In this document: positions 12,584 to 25,639 of the stretch, piece by piece
Layout: every line of letters starts with the position of its first letter
Numbering within the stretch: position 1 is the first letter of the stretch
NCBI GenBank assembly: GCA_002189035.1
Contig: CM007991.1
Location: 3,410,001-3,474,000 of the forward strand
Origin: Utricularia gibba
Taxonomy: Eukaryota > Plantae > Magnoliophyta
DNA: 64,000 nucleotides
Reading direction: 5' to 3'
Program-made: the position numbers and the translations under genes
The notes under the pieces: generated by a model
Told to the model about the DNA's origin: nothing
The model's database searches: none
What the model saw: only the letters and a program-made list of their open reading frames with translations

Positions 12584-15500
12584 CGGAGGGAAGAAAAAAC
12601 CAGGGAAGGAATTGCAAATTAGTGGGGGGGAAGTGGAGAACAAGAGAGGTGATTATATAAAACGTGGGAATGCCGGAAGGTGCAGGGTGCGTGGGGCCAG
12701 AGGAGGTTGCAAGATAAAGAAGAAAAACAAAAAAGCTTCACCAGTGGGGGGAGAAGAGGAAGAGGAAGCGGGTACACACAGGGGTACTTGAAAGGTACAA
12801 TCCATTATTTTACTCCATAATTTATTTATTATCCTCCCTAATCCTTCTTCAACCAAAAGCTCTCTCTATCAAACTCAAACTCATCATCCTAATGGCGAAC
12901 GCCAACCATGACCCACGACCCGGCGCAAATGGAAATCGCGTCAGAAAGTTCCCGTTGAGTGCTCTTTAGTGGTACGGCGCAGCTACTTTGTGTGAATCTT
13001 TCCCCTTCGGCTGCATTTGGAGTCCAGTCCATCAACGATTGGACCGGCGAACATGGCCAGACCTAAAAAAAGAAGGCTCGGCTCGGCTCGCCGGTTTTCT
13101 AGGGCTAGTATTGCAGGCGGGGCCGGCGGTGTCCAAGGGGACCCCGACACGCCAGCTTTGGAAATACTGGGAAGCGAGGCTACCCATAAACAGGGTGCGC
13201 ATTTGGAAATCGTACAGGGTACACATGAGAAGCTACGGAGAGCGGGACCCAGCACCGGCGCGCCCATCCGGGTGGAGGCGCAAATTTAATAACCGTCGTT
13301 AGGTGGCGCGTGGGGCTAACACGTCTGCCAGATTCCGTACGCCCACGGACAATCTATGGAGCCTCCTTGTAAGAAGATAATATTAAATTGAAATATCGTT
13401 GGACATCACTATGTCCCTCAAAAAAACCATACAAAAATAATAATAACAATAAAGTTACTAATATTATAACAAATAATACCACATCCATAAATTAAAGTTG
13501 AATGTTCAATTATATAAAATATTGAACATCAAAAACAATTGATTTGATACAATTTTTTAAAATATAATTTAAGTTTTTTGTATATTTGAATTTCATATGT
13601 ATTGATGTGACTCACCCAATCTTTATTTTCAATATGCTATCAAAGAATTTACCTTGCACTATGGTTTATGACAAAAATAGATAAGCCTATGTCTCGAATG
13701 ATATTTATCATCACAAAAAAAAAAACAATTTCTAATTGAATCAAAACATCAATTCCACTTTGAGTGATTAAAAAAATAAAACTGAAATAGTTAAATATTA
13801 AAAATTATATATTATTAATAATCGATTGAACTTAATATTTTTTAACGTGATTTATATTTATTATGTACTTGAAATTTACACATACTTATCCAATCTATCA
13901 TATACTTAATATCATCAACTATAATGTTACACCTATCTTTTTTAATATTCATATTTGATTTGTGTTGGCTAATGACAAGTTACTCAAAGCCTAGTGGATC
14001 ATATCAACAACATACACCATGTTTGGTGGAATCACCAACATGTAACATGGGCTGGGTAGATACAACTATGTGCAAATCTGGATATGTTTGCCATGAGATC
14101 CATGCCACTTGGTACCATGCAACTATGTTTTTACATATTTGATTTCAAAATAAAATAGCAATTAATGTTGTTGATTAATTTATTACTCCTACCCATGACA
14201 GATTTTTGGACGTGGGACCCGAAACACCCGGGCACGGGTCGGTTCTTGTGGCAAAAAGGTCTGCCTTTTCCTAAATCATTTATTTTATTGTGTTCAGAAA
14301 TTATGCTTTTGAAAAAAAAAATATTTTATCTAATAGGAAAGACTTCTACTCTAAAAATAAATAAATTTAGAGGATAATAAGATGTAGAATTTTAATTTTT
14401 TATTTTATTAAAAATAAGCAAGGTTAGTTAACTTAATACATAAGTCCTTAAATCACTTTTTAAAAAAACGAGGAAGTTGTACTCAAAACATATAACATAA
14501 TTTGCGTATTTCGTCTCTAATGACAAAAAATGTTTCCAAAGTTTTTTAACATATCGAGTATAATTATTCTTCAAAATTTTATATTTTAACGATTATTATT
14601 TGATCTCCGATTGTTTGAAAACCTAGTATAATTAATATGTCAATATTCAAAAATTAAACATGTAGATTAATTTTGAAAAATTTGAATATGGGGAAAAAAA
14701 AACCTATTTTGAGTGTTCCAGAAATGCGATTTTTGGAGCTGGAATGGATTAAAAGGGACGCGGTCTGGCCGCGTACAGAGGAGGCTGATGTTGCAACCAC
14801 CAACTCATCACGTGGGCTGGAGACCGCAACCCCTCGGGTCCATAGCAACACCGAGCTGGCGATTGTCGACAACTCGGTCTCGAAAATTACGCGGCGGTCA
14901 CCGGGACCCACCCCCAACTTCTGTGTCTCTCTCTATGCGATCCGTGATTGACGACGTAATTACTCTATACACAAAAAAACATTAAAAAATGCATGTAATA
15001 TTGTGTCTTTTAAGTCGGTCGTCATCGTCTCTGTCCTCATTTCACCACATGACACATCCGATCGTATTTCAGCACAATTATTAATTTTTTTATTTTATTC
15101 ATGGGCTCGGAATAACCATGGGCCGACGGACTTTTCACGTAGCCAAGGCGAAAAGAAAGCCCACGGGGCCTATCGAGCCCAATTGTGAACCAGCGACGTG
15201 CTTGATGATGAAACCCTGCTAAACATTATTATATTTAAATAAAATTATTTTGATTATGACGTTTATTCACGTTCATTTTTTGGATTACAATAAACAAATT
15301 TCGTTCTTATTTTATGATAAAAATCTATCTAATATTTAAGTTATAAATATATAAAAGTAATGATAAATGTTGTGATAAAAAATAGGTATTGCGATGGTAA
15401 TCGATTTCGGGTTATGAATGGAACCAAATTGCTCTAATCTGATTTGCGAGTTGCGATTTTAGGGATTGTTATTTGGGCACAAGAAAACAAATGAATGGAA

Positions 15501-16667
15501 ATTTTTATGTGGAAAAAATAACAGAGTTAGCAAAACTTGCAAAATAAGAGTTCTACTAATAAAATATGGAGAATGTATTTCAAGCCAAAAGTAGAGAGTT
15601 AAACCTTATTTTCCTCAAACTTCTTCATATTTATAGATAGAGTTAATTCGATCGAATTTTACAAGTATTATCTATTTTCTACACTTGATAATCGTCAACT
15701 GTTCTTATACTATTATAATTCGATTATTTTTCAAACTGTTGAAACACCCGTCATAACCCAATTTTGAAACTTAACGGATTGTCGACCTGCGACAGGCTGT
15801 CAAAACACGTCTAAAATCTTTTTCCAACTAATTTCATCCAAGAAGAACCAATTTCGGTGTACTCGATTTGCCTCCTCATGTATCCAATAAGAACTCATTT
15901 ATGACACTTATCGGTGATTTACAAATATCTCATACATTCATTTCTAGGTGGCGATTGGCTATTTTATACTCCATCAATAAATAACTCATGGGGTCATGTC
16001 AAGCTATCATCATCCTACCTATCATTCCCATCTAACAAGTTTGTCTTAAACGCCACAATTGCATTGATTCAAAGGGAGAGAAGCAACGCCATGCGAACCC
16101 ACAAGCACTTCCTGATCGTGATTTGGCCACCATCCATAACGAGTTCTGTGTTTTGAAAGGGTTCTAAGCAACAAGCTGCTGCTCAAGGAATATGTGTCTA
16201 GAATTTGTTTTTGAGTGTTCACTTCATGTCATCATGCTATTTGAGATAAACGACCCTCTTCTATTCAAATATACATAAAATTCAAATATACAAAAAGTAT
16301 ATTAACCAATTGATACATAATATATTATATCTTTTTATTTTTTAATGTGATATTATTTATTCTAATCATATCTGTCCCCTCCCCATCTCTAATTGAATTA
16401 AATGGATAGGGAACCAGTGCAGAAGACGGATGGTGGCAATAATTGCGATTCCCATTTATCTTTCAGAAATCTAAATGCTTATCTTATCTTATTTCCTCCT
16501 CATTAGACGAATCATTACGCTCGCCTGCATTATTAAATTAAGCTTGAAAATAAAAATGGCTTTTTACAGATCAAGGCTTATTCAATTATGCTTTGTTGGG
16601 TGTCGCGTTCGGACCGAGAGGGCATGCGGTCTATATATTGGGAGGGACACAGCCACAGGGCGTAGTA

Positions 16668-18225
16668 ATGGCGACCGCGAACTACTTGGAAGTCCTCGTG
16701 TGCATCGCCGTCGTTGCATTTATCGTTTCCAGGCGGTGCCGAAGGAAGACTACTTTGGCTCCGAGGAATTGGCCGATCGTCGGGATGCTGCCGGGAATCC
16801 TCCCCCACGTCCATCGCATCCACGAGTACATAAGCGAGACGGAGAAGGAGGTTGGGTCCACGTTTGAATTCAAGGGGCCTTGGTTTTGTGGTATGGACAT
16901 GGTGGTCACCAGTGATCCGGCCAACCTGCACCATGTGTTCAGTAGAAATTTTGCCAACTACGTAAAAGGGCCTGAATTCAAGAAGATTTTCGATATTCTC
17001 GGAGATGGTATAGTCAATGCGGATTTCGAGTTGTGGATGGTTCACAGAAGAACCACCCTGGAGTTTCTGACCTCTGGGGAGTTCAGTCGTCTGCTTCAGA
17101 GTAGTGTTTGGGAGAAGGTGCAGAATGGCTTGTTCCCTGTCCTGGATTCCTTTGCTCACAGAGGTATGGGTTTCTGTCATTTACGTAAGAATTCACATAT
17201 TTTTATTCATATGGATTGCGCATCCACCAGGGGTTCAATTGGATTTGCAAGATATATTTCAGAGGTTTACGTTTGATAATATCTGTAAACTGGTTCTCAA
17301 CTATGATCCATGCTGCCTGTCACTGGGACTACCCGAGAATAAGTGCGAGAAGGCGTTTGACGTCGTGATGGAGGTGCTTTTGCACCGACATCTGTTGCCA
17401 GAACCGCTGTGGAAGATGATGAGATGGCTGCAGATCGGCAAAGAGCGCCAGTTCGCGGCTGCGTGGAAGGCTTTCGACGAGTTCATTTATCCGACAGTCG
17501 GCGACGATGCCCTTGAAAGCGACGACTCCGTCTTGTTGAAGGCTTTCTCGACGGCGTATAGGGAAAACGACGTCGGCCCCCCGTCGGGATTAAGTACCTT
17601 CCTCCGGGATACTGCCCTTAGTTTGATGCTGGCTGGCCGGGACACGTCAAGCACGTGTCTCACGTGGCTCTTTTACCTGTTAGCCAAAAACCCACGGGCA
17701 CAATCAGAGATACTCCAAGAGCTGGAGAGGGAGCTCGGGATCGGGGGCAAAAATTGGCGGTTTTTCACGGCGGAGGAGTCGCGGCGGTTGGTTTACCTCC
17801 ACGGCGCATTATCGGAATCTCTACGGCTGTACCCGCCGGTGGCTTTTGAATGTAAAGCTCCGGTGGAGGACGACACTCTCCCATGTGGGATTGAGCTGAA
17901 AAAGAAGACGAAAGTGATATTTTCGTTCTATTCGATGGGGAGGATGGAATCAATATGGGGACCCAACTGGTCAGAATTTAAGCCGGAGAGATGGATCTCC
18001 TCCAGCGGCACGGTGATGCACCAGCCGTCGTACAAGTTTCCGGCGTTCAACGCCGGCCCGAGGACATGCCTAGGGAAGGATATGGCTTTCATACTCATGA
18101 AAATGGTGGCCGCATCCATCATATTCCACTACAGCATTAAACTGAATGAGAACACCGCAGTTTCTCCACGCGACTCCATCATTCTCCAGGCTAAGAACGG
18201 GTTGATCGTCGAGGTTACCAGATGA
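16668..18225 (+). CDS. CYP96A: Cytochrome P450, CYP86 clan, CYP96A / alkane hydroxylase MAH1-like, copy A (intact; 67-nt intron 17164-17230)
   Basis: N-terminal anchor, NWPIVGMLP, FEFKGPWF, TSDPANLHHV, DLQDIFQRFTFDNI, LAGRDT (I-helix), ESLRLYPPV (ExxR), FKPERW and FNAGPRTCLGK (heme). TATA at ~16632. Confidence 0.92.
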
Positions 18226-18299
18226 ACGCCTCCCCTGAGGAGACTCTGCATATTTCCCCATATGTGTCGCTTTGCAAATTATTCATAAGGCCAAAGGCC

Positions 18300-19115
18300 A
18301 GTTCCAGTAATTTACTGAAATACGTGTCATGTTTTTTTTTTTTCAAGATACCTATGATTTTTTCTATTTATGTAAATATCTGTGATTTCATATTTTCTAT
18401 TTTAAAAATACTTGTTTTATTTTAATAAGTGTTTTATTTGTATTTTATTTAAATATATCTTACTTATTTTTATGTTTTATTGAACTTATTGTTTTAATAC
18501 TTATTTTATTTTGAAATATCTGTCATGTTTTTAATTATATCAATTAAACCTAATCTTATTTTTCATTATAAATAAAAAATACCTTTAAATGATTATATTT
18601 ATATAATACCATTTCATTTTCTAAGTTCACCTAATAATGAGATTAAGTGAAGAAATAAATCAATTTATACAATGAATTGTAATTCCCAACTATTGAAAAA
18701 ATCTAATATAATCTTATTTTAATTTTTTTTAAATCGTTTTAGTACAAAAAAATCAGAATGTTTTTTTCTTTTAAAATTTACTTTAGTTTAATACATAATT
18801 ATTTTCTTTTTTCGAATATCTAATTACCCAATAATATAAAAATCATAAAATCATTTGATGCAAGTGAATGTATAAATTTATGAAATTTAAATATATTCAT
18901 ACTTGAAATAAAACTTTATTTATTGATAAATAATTCAAATTAAAAAAAATTCAGTTGTTTTAATAGCAATAATTTAAGTAAAAAATTAAAAAACGCAGAT
19001 GTTTTATCAATATTACAAGTAACTACATGTATTTTAATAATTATCAAAAATTAACAGGCATTTTGATAAAAAAAATTACTTACACAGGCATTTTGATAAA
19101 AACGCCCAAATAGTT
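18300..19115. mobile_element. ~0.8-kb very AT-rich segment present only in duplication copy A (possible non-autonomous TE remnant)
   Basis: Copy B runs directly from the post-stop sequence (~24340) into GACCCAAAAACCACTGAACG, whereas copy A has ~800 nt between them. ACAGGCATTTTGATAAAAA is repeated near the right end. No clear TIR pair or TSD was seen. Confidence 0.35.
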
Positions 19116-19547
19116 CTGACCCAAAACCACTGAACGCCATGTGCGGCGGCGTATGCGATGAAAGCTCCAAAACAGCAACCAACTTAATCATGACGGTGCA
19201 TGTCGGGAAAGTGTAATCTCATCTACCGGCATGGATGCCCCTCCTCCCAAGTCCCACCTTCATTATTGATTACCACGCAAATTCGAAAATCTCGCTTTCG
19301 CCGATCACGATTCGATGAATTTATCATTCCACTTCCGGTCACCCTTATCCTCCCCATCGCGCTTCCTGGAAGACACTGCTTTCGTGCACGATGGGCCGCC
19401 GTCGTGATACTTGAGTCACTCCATTCACACCATAAAATCTCCATTTTTATCTCACAGTAAGACAGTTTCAACTGCATTTAGGTTTTGGGACAACGCCACC
19501 GTCCCTTCAATCGGAGCTACGAAGCCATTTTCCGCTCCATCAACCAG

Positions 19548-19948
19548 TGGGGGGGGGGGGGGGCGAGACTAGGAAGGGGGCAGAAACTCAATCAAAATAC
19601 TGGGGAAGGACAGAAACAGCAGGAGGAGCAGGGCTTCTTGGGCATAGCAGGGCAGGGTTTGGGAGAAGGATTTTGAGATAAAATACTTAATTGATTTTTC
19701 CAATGTACAACACACATCAGTCCACACCACTATTTATAAGCAAAGAAATAAAACTTTCCTAATAAAGATTTGATGGAGATAAATCCATTGATTCTCTCAT
19801 TGATTTGTTCTTGATTTGTATTGATGTTAGACTTACCAAAGAATCATGAATTTGTCGCAACAAGAAACTCAATCAACTCACAATATCCCATTTTCTATCA
19901 ATCTTATTCTTGGTTCCTTATTGTTCCGCAGGTCCTTATCTTTTAACA
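19548..19948 (-). mobile_element. LTR-like (Copia-type) fragment or solo LTR, copy A only
   Basis: 401 nt bounded by TG...CA. The minus strand starts TGTTAAAAG and contains TATAAATAGTGGTGTG...TGTACA. It is absent from copy B and flanked by a ~60-bp direct repeat. Confidence 0.55.
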
Positions 19949-20800
19949 GGGCCGACGCCACCGTCCCTCCAATCGGAGCTACGAAGCCATTTTCCGCTCT
20001 ATCAACCGGCCCGCAACGTTATCATCCAAAGAAAAAAAAACTGTGAATCCCTCTGTTTCTAGTGACGTGGCAGGCATAAATACAGAGCCGTTGAAGTTTC
20101 CAAAGTTCACTGTTTCAACCACCTGCATGATGTTGATTAACGAACGACATCTCCTCTAAATAATTGCGTTCCATCATATTACTTTCATCATGCAACATAA
20201 AACAAAATAAAAGTCAATGAAATAGAAGTGTGAAAAATGAGCTCTATACTACTCCCTCAAAGCTGGATACGATTATGTTTGATTGATAAGTTTCAATATA
20301 TTTGAATGGATGTAGATATATATTTTATGTTTTCCTTAGAAAAATTTATTAAATGTATAAAAACAAAAAAATTAGATTTTAATTATAATACAAGAGATAA
20401 AATAAATCAGTGTATTAAATTTTGAACTCATATATAATCTTTAATAAAACTATACCATTTCATTTCTTTTCCTTAATTGTATAAAAGATGAGATGTCATT
20501 GAAATACGAATAATACATATTTAATAATAGCATTGTTTTAGAATAACACCAATATATACCAATGAATTAAAAAAAAATCAAACAGATGATAAAAAAACCT
20601 TTATGAATTTTTAAAATAAGAAATAGTATTTATTTTAAAAGTAAAAATTATTCATATTTAAAAAAATAAAAATTATCCGAAACAGATATTCATATAATAT
20701 ACAATGTTTATAATTCTAAAGACGAGCCGAGCCATCTTCCTTTCAAGCTTCGGACTGAAATTGTCGTGGGAGCAATCAATCCAAGCCGTTGATTACCAGT

Positions 20801-20823
20801 TCAAGTCAATGGGCTTGACTTGA
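20801..20823. promoter_or_regulatory. Palindromic W-box cluster (copy A)
   Basis: TCAAGTCAA-tgggc-TTGACTTGA is a perfect 9-bp inverted repeat containing TTGACY cores, with an overlapping TTGACC. Confidence 0.55.
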
Positions 20824-22716
20824 CCAAGTCACACAACATGCTTACCCCTCATCACTTGAACATTCAACACGAGAAAAAAAAACACATATTCACTGCCTTT
20901 TTAAAGGGTGCTCACTCCATTCACACAATCAAACACAAACTGAAATAAATAAAACATTCAATTTGAGAGAATTTGCTGAAAATTCAGATCGCATTGATCC
21001 GAGTGACGTCTGTATACATAAAAAACATATTAGAAACATAACCTATACATGCATTGTATAATGGGTTATGCGACTACATTTGAAATGTAATTATATAAAA
21101 TACGTGAATTATATTAAAAAATATTAGATTCAAATAATATATAATATATTTAATTATTTTAATCTTGTTTTTGGATATTATATTATTTGTTCTAATAGAA
21201 TTGGGTAACTGCAAATGGATCATTTTGTTTTGTTTTTTAGAGGGATGACTGAGTTGAGGAAAAAAAGATACATATAATATATGTTTGTGTGTCTGTTAGG
21301 TCGGTCGTCATCGTCTCTGTCATTTCACCACATGCCCCATCCAATCGTATTTCAGCACAATTATTAATTTCATATATTATTTTTTTATTTTATTCATTAG
21401 ATTGGAAAAAGCATGGGCCTCATTACTCATCACTTCTGGACAGACATTCACGTAGTCATTGAGAAAACGCAGCCTATTGGGCCTCTTGGGCCCAATTGTG
21501 AACCTGCAAAGTGCTTGATGCTGAAACCCTGCTAAATATTTTTATATTTAAATGAAATTATTTTGATTACCACGTTTATTATTACAATAAACTAGTTTTT
21601 ATATTTTTTAACGATAAAAATTTAAATTATATAATTCCAAAAAATATGAAAATATCAATTATTCATTTATATCAATTTAAATAATTAAGTATATTAGTAT
21701 TTATTGATAATTCATAAATCATATTTTTTAAAAATTTTTTGCATTGGTAGATATTCAAATTGTCTGAACCGTTCGTTATTTTTTCGGTTTTATGTAACCT
21801 AGAGTTCAATATTTAAAATTAATTATGCATCTCTTTTGATTTTTGATAATATGCCTTGTGTAAGAAATTGTAATCATATTCATGTACCATGTTAATTCAT
21901 GGGTCATGTTGTCCTCCTCCTACCGTCATCATTCCCACCTAACAAGTTTGTCGTAAAAGACCATCTTTTTGAACCAACGCACAATCTTGACATCTTTTGT
22001 CTAAATTGCGTTGGTACAAAGGATGAGAAACTGTAACACATAATATTATATTGGAATTTGAAAATAAATTAATTAATTATATAATAAATTATATATTAAA
22101 ATCAATGAGTTAAACATAAATTTTATTAATATGATTTATATTTATTATATACTTTAAATTCACGTGCATTCGTTCAATCCATCCAATCTTAAATTTCAAC
22201 AATACAAACCTAATTGAAGATCATGATTTGACCACCACCCATAACGAGTTCTGCTTTGTTTCTAAGCAACAGGCTACTGCTTCTCATGGAATATGTGTGC
22301 GATTTGTTTTTGAGTGTTCACTTCATCGAATCATGCTACTTGCTAGAGACGAGCCCCCTCGCCCCATTTGGGCGTCCCCATCTGCAATCGAATAAAATGG
22401 ACACGCAACCAATTCTCTTGTCCGGAAGAGCGATGGTAGTAATTATTACGATTCCCATTTATCCTCTTTCAGAAATCTCCATGCCTATCTTATCTTCTTT
22501 CCTCCTCGTTAAGCGAATCATTACGCTTGCACTGCATTATTAAATTATGCATGAAAACGAAAAGGACTTTTTTACACACGGAGACATGTTTGTGGCACCA
22601 GACAGCGTCAACTTGCCACCAAATGTCTGCGTGTGTTGGGTGTCGGGTTGGGACCGAGAGGGCATGCCGTCTATATATTGGGAGGGACACAGCCACAGGG
22701 CGTAGTAATAACCCCA

Positions 22717-24274
22717 ATGGCGACCGCGAACTACTTGCAAGTCCTCGTGTGCATCGCCGTCGTTGCATTTATCGTTTCCAGGCGGTGCCGAAGGAAGACT
22801 ACTTTGGCTCCGAGGAATTGGCCGATCCTCGGGATGCTGCCGGGGATCCTCCCCCATGTCCATCGCATCCACGAGTACATAACCGAGACGCAGAAGGAGG
22901 TTGGGACCACGTTTGAATTCAAGGGACCTTGGTTTTGTGGTATGGACATGGTGGTCACCAGTGATCCGGCCAACGTGCACCATGTGTTCAGTAGAAATTT
23001 TGCCAACTACGAAAAGGGGCCTGAATACAAGAAGATTTTCGATATTCTTGGAGATGGTATTTTCAATGCGGATTTCCAGTTGTGGATGGTTCACAGAAGA
23101 GCCACCTTGGAGTTTCTGACCCGTGGGGGTTCAGTCGTCTGCTTGAGAGTAGTGTTTGGGAGAAGATGCAGAATGGCTTGTTCCCTGTCCTGGATTCCTT
23201 TGCTCACAGAGGTATGGATTTCTATCATTTACGTCAGGATTCACATATTTTTATTCATATGGATTGCGCATCCACCAGGGGTTCAATTGGATTTGCAAGA
23301 TGTATTTCAGAGGTTTACGTTTGATAATATCTGTAAACTGGTTCTCAACTATGATCCATGCTGCCTGTCACTGGGACTGCCCGAGAATAAGTGCGAGAAG
23401 GCGTTTAACGTCGTGATCGAGGTGCTTTTGCACCGGCATCTGCTGCCAGAGCCGCTGTGGAAGATGATGAGATGGCTGCAGATCGGCAAAGAGCGCCAGT
23501 TCGCGGCTGCGTGGAAGGCTTTCGACGAGTTCATTTATCCGAGAGTCGGCGACGATGCCCTTGAAAGCGACGACTCCGTCTTGTTGAAGGCTTTCTCGAC
23601 GGCGTATAGGGAAAACGACGTCGGCCCCCGTCGTCGGATTAAGTACCTTCCTCCGGGATACTGCCCTTAGTTTGATGCTGGCTGGCCGGGACACGTCAAG
23701 CACGTGTCTCACGTGGCTCTTTTACCTGTTAGCCAAAAACCCACGGGCACAATCAGAGATACTCCAAGAGCTGGAGAGGGAGCTCGGGATCGGGGGCAAA
23801 AATTGGAGGTTTTTCACGGCGGAGGAGTCGCGGCGGTTGGTTTACCTCCACGGCGCATTATCGGAATCTCTACGGCTGTACCCGCCGGTGGCTTTGGAAC
23901 ATAAAGCTCCGGTGGAGGACGACACTCTCCCAAGTGGGGTTGAGCTGAGAAAGAAGACGAAAGTGATATTTTCATTCTACTCCATGGGGAGGATGGAATC
24001 AATATGGGGACCCAACTGGTCAGAATTTAAGCCGGAGAGATGGATCTCCTCCAGCGGCACGGTGATGCACCAGCCGTCGTACAAGTTTCCGGCGTTCAAC
24101 GCCGGCCCGAGGACATGCCTAGGGAAGGATATGGCTTTCATACTCATGAAAATGGTGGCCGCATCCATCATATTCCACTACAGCATTAAACTCGATGACA
24201 ACACCGCAGTTTCTCCTCGCGACTCCATCATTCTCCAGGCTAAAAACGGGTTCATCGTCGAGGTCACCAGATGA
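22717..24274 (+). CDS. CYP96A: Cytochrome P450 CYP96A-like, copy B (67-nt intron 23212-23278; apparent frameshifts at ~23127 and ~23630)
   Basis: Near-identical to copy A with all P450 motifs retained and no in-frame nonsense codon in the aligned frame. Indels lie at G and C runs. It may be intact (assembly error) or a young pseudogene. Confidence 0.78.
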
Positions 24275-25616
24275 ACGCCTCCCCTGAGGAGACTCTGCAT
24301 ATTTCCCCATTTGTGCCGCAAGGCAAATTATTCCTAAGGCCACAGAGTTCCTATTGGATGACCCAAAAACCACTGAACGCCGTCTGCGGCGGTGTATGCC
24401 ATGAACTCTCCAAAACAAAACTCAATCATGACTCTGCATGTCGGGAAAGTGTAATCTCATCTGCCGGCACGGACGAAACCTCCTCCCAAGTCCCACCTTC
24501 ATTCTTGATTACGACCAAAATTAGAAAATCTCGCTTTCGCCGTTCAGGATTCGATGAAAATTAACGCACGTAGTAGATTCGTTACACCTCCGGTCACCAT
24601 TATCCTCCCCATCGCGCTTCCTCGAAGGCACTGCTTTCGTGCACGATGGGGGCTACCGTGATACTTCTGTGCTACTTGAACCACTCAATTCACACCATAG
24701 AAATCTCCATTTTTATCCCACAAGAAGACAGATTCAACTGCATTTAGGTTTTGGGCCGACGCCACCTTCCCTCCAATCGGAGCTACGAAGCGATTTTCCC
24801 CTCCATCAACCGCCCGGCAACGTTACTCTCCAATCATTCAAAGAAAAAAAAACTAAGTGAATCCCTCTGTTTCTAGTGAAGTCGCAGGCATAAATACAGA
24901 GCAGTTGAAGTTTCCAAGGTTAACTGTTTCAACGACCTGCATGATGTTGATTACGAGCGACATCTCGTCTAAATAATTGATTCCATCATATTAGTTTCAT
25001 CATGCAAAATAAAAAAATAAATAATAAAAGTCGAAACATGAAATAGAAATGTTAAAAATGAGCTCTATACTCTTCCCTCCAAGCAGGATACCAATTCGAG
25101 GATTATGTTTAAGTTTCGATAGATTTGAATGCATAGAGATATATATTTTATGGTAGAAAGATTTATTAAACCTATAAAATAACAAAAAATTTAGATTTTT
25201 ATTATAATACAAGAGATAAAATAAGTCAGTGTACACAAATATTTCATATGAATTTAAACTTGCATATAATCTTTCATAAAATTAAACCACTTCATTTCTT
25301 TCCCCTAATTGTATAAAAGATGAGGCTGTCTTTGAAATATAAAGGGTATATATTTTAATAATAGCATTGATTTCTGTATATAATGAATTCAAAAAAATCA
25401 AATAGATGATAAAAAAAATCTTTGTAAAACTTTAAAAATAAGAAGTGTTGTTAATTTTAAAAGTAAAAATTATTCGTATATAAAAAATAAAAATTGTCCG
25501 AAACGGATATTCATATAATATATAATGTTTATAATTCTAAAGACGAGCCATCTTCCCTTGAAGCTTCGGACTGAAATTGTCGTGGGAGCAATCAATCCAA
25601 GCCGTTGATTACCAGT

Positions 25617-25639
25617 TCAAGTCAATGGGCTTGACTTGA
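25617..25639. promoter_or_regulatory. Palindromic W-box cluster (copy B), ~570 nt upstream of the JUB1-like NAC
   Basis: The same TCAAGTCAA-tgggc-TTGACTTGA element. Confidence 0.6.

Larger units (their letters stand above)
15002..21261 (+). repeat. Tandem segmental duplication, copy A (P450 plus flanks)
   Basis: Collinear matches to copy B at 15014/21300, 15180/21490, 15985/21897, 16120/22225, 16430/22432, the CDS, 19118/24360, 20045/24858, 20745/25561 and 21247/26046. Confidence 0.92.

Noticed and set aside
12072-12622. Several 83-174 aa plus-strand ORFs
   Set aside because: They are antisense or alternative frames of the GC-rich SAUR gene.
16578-17180. 200-aa antisense ORF (and its twin at 22540-23094)
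   Set aside because: It is a shadow frame of the GC-rich P450 CDS and duplicated only because the P450 is.
20988-21001. GATCGCATTGATCC, identical to the 3' 14 nt of miR393
   Set aside because: The 5' part and star arm are missing, and the duplicate copy (~25798) differs, so this is a chance match.
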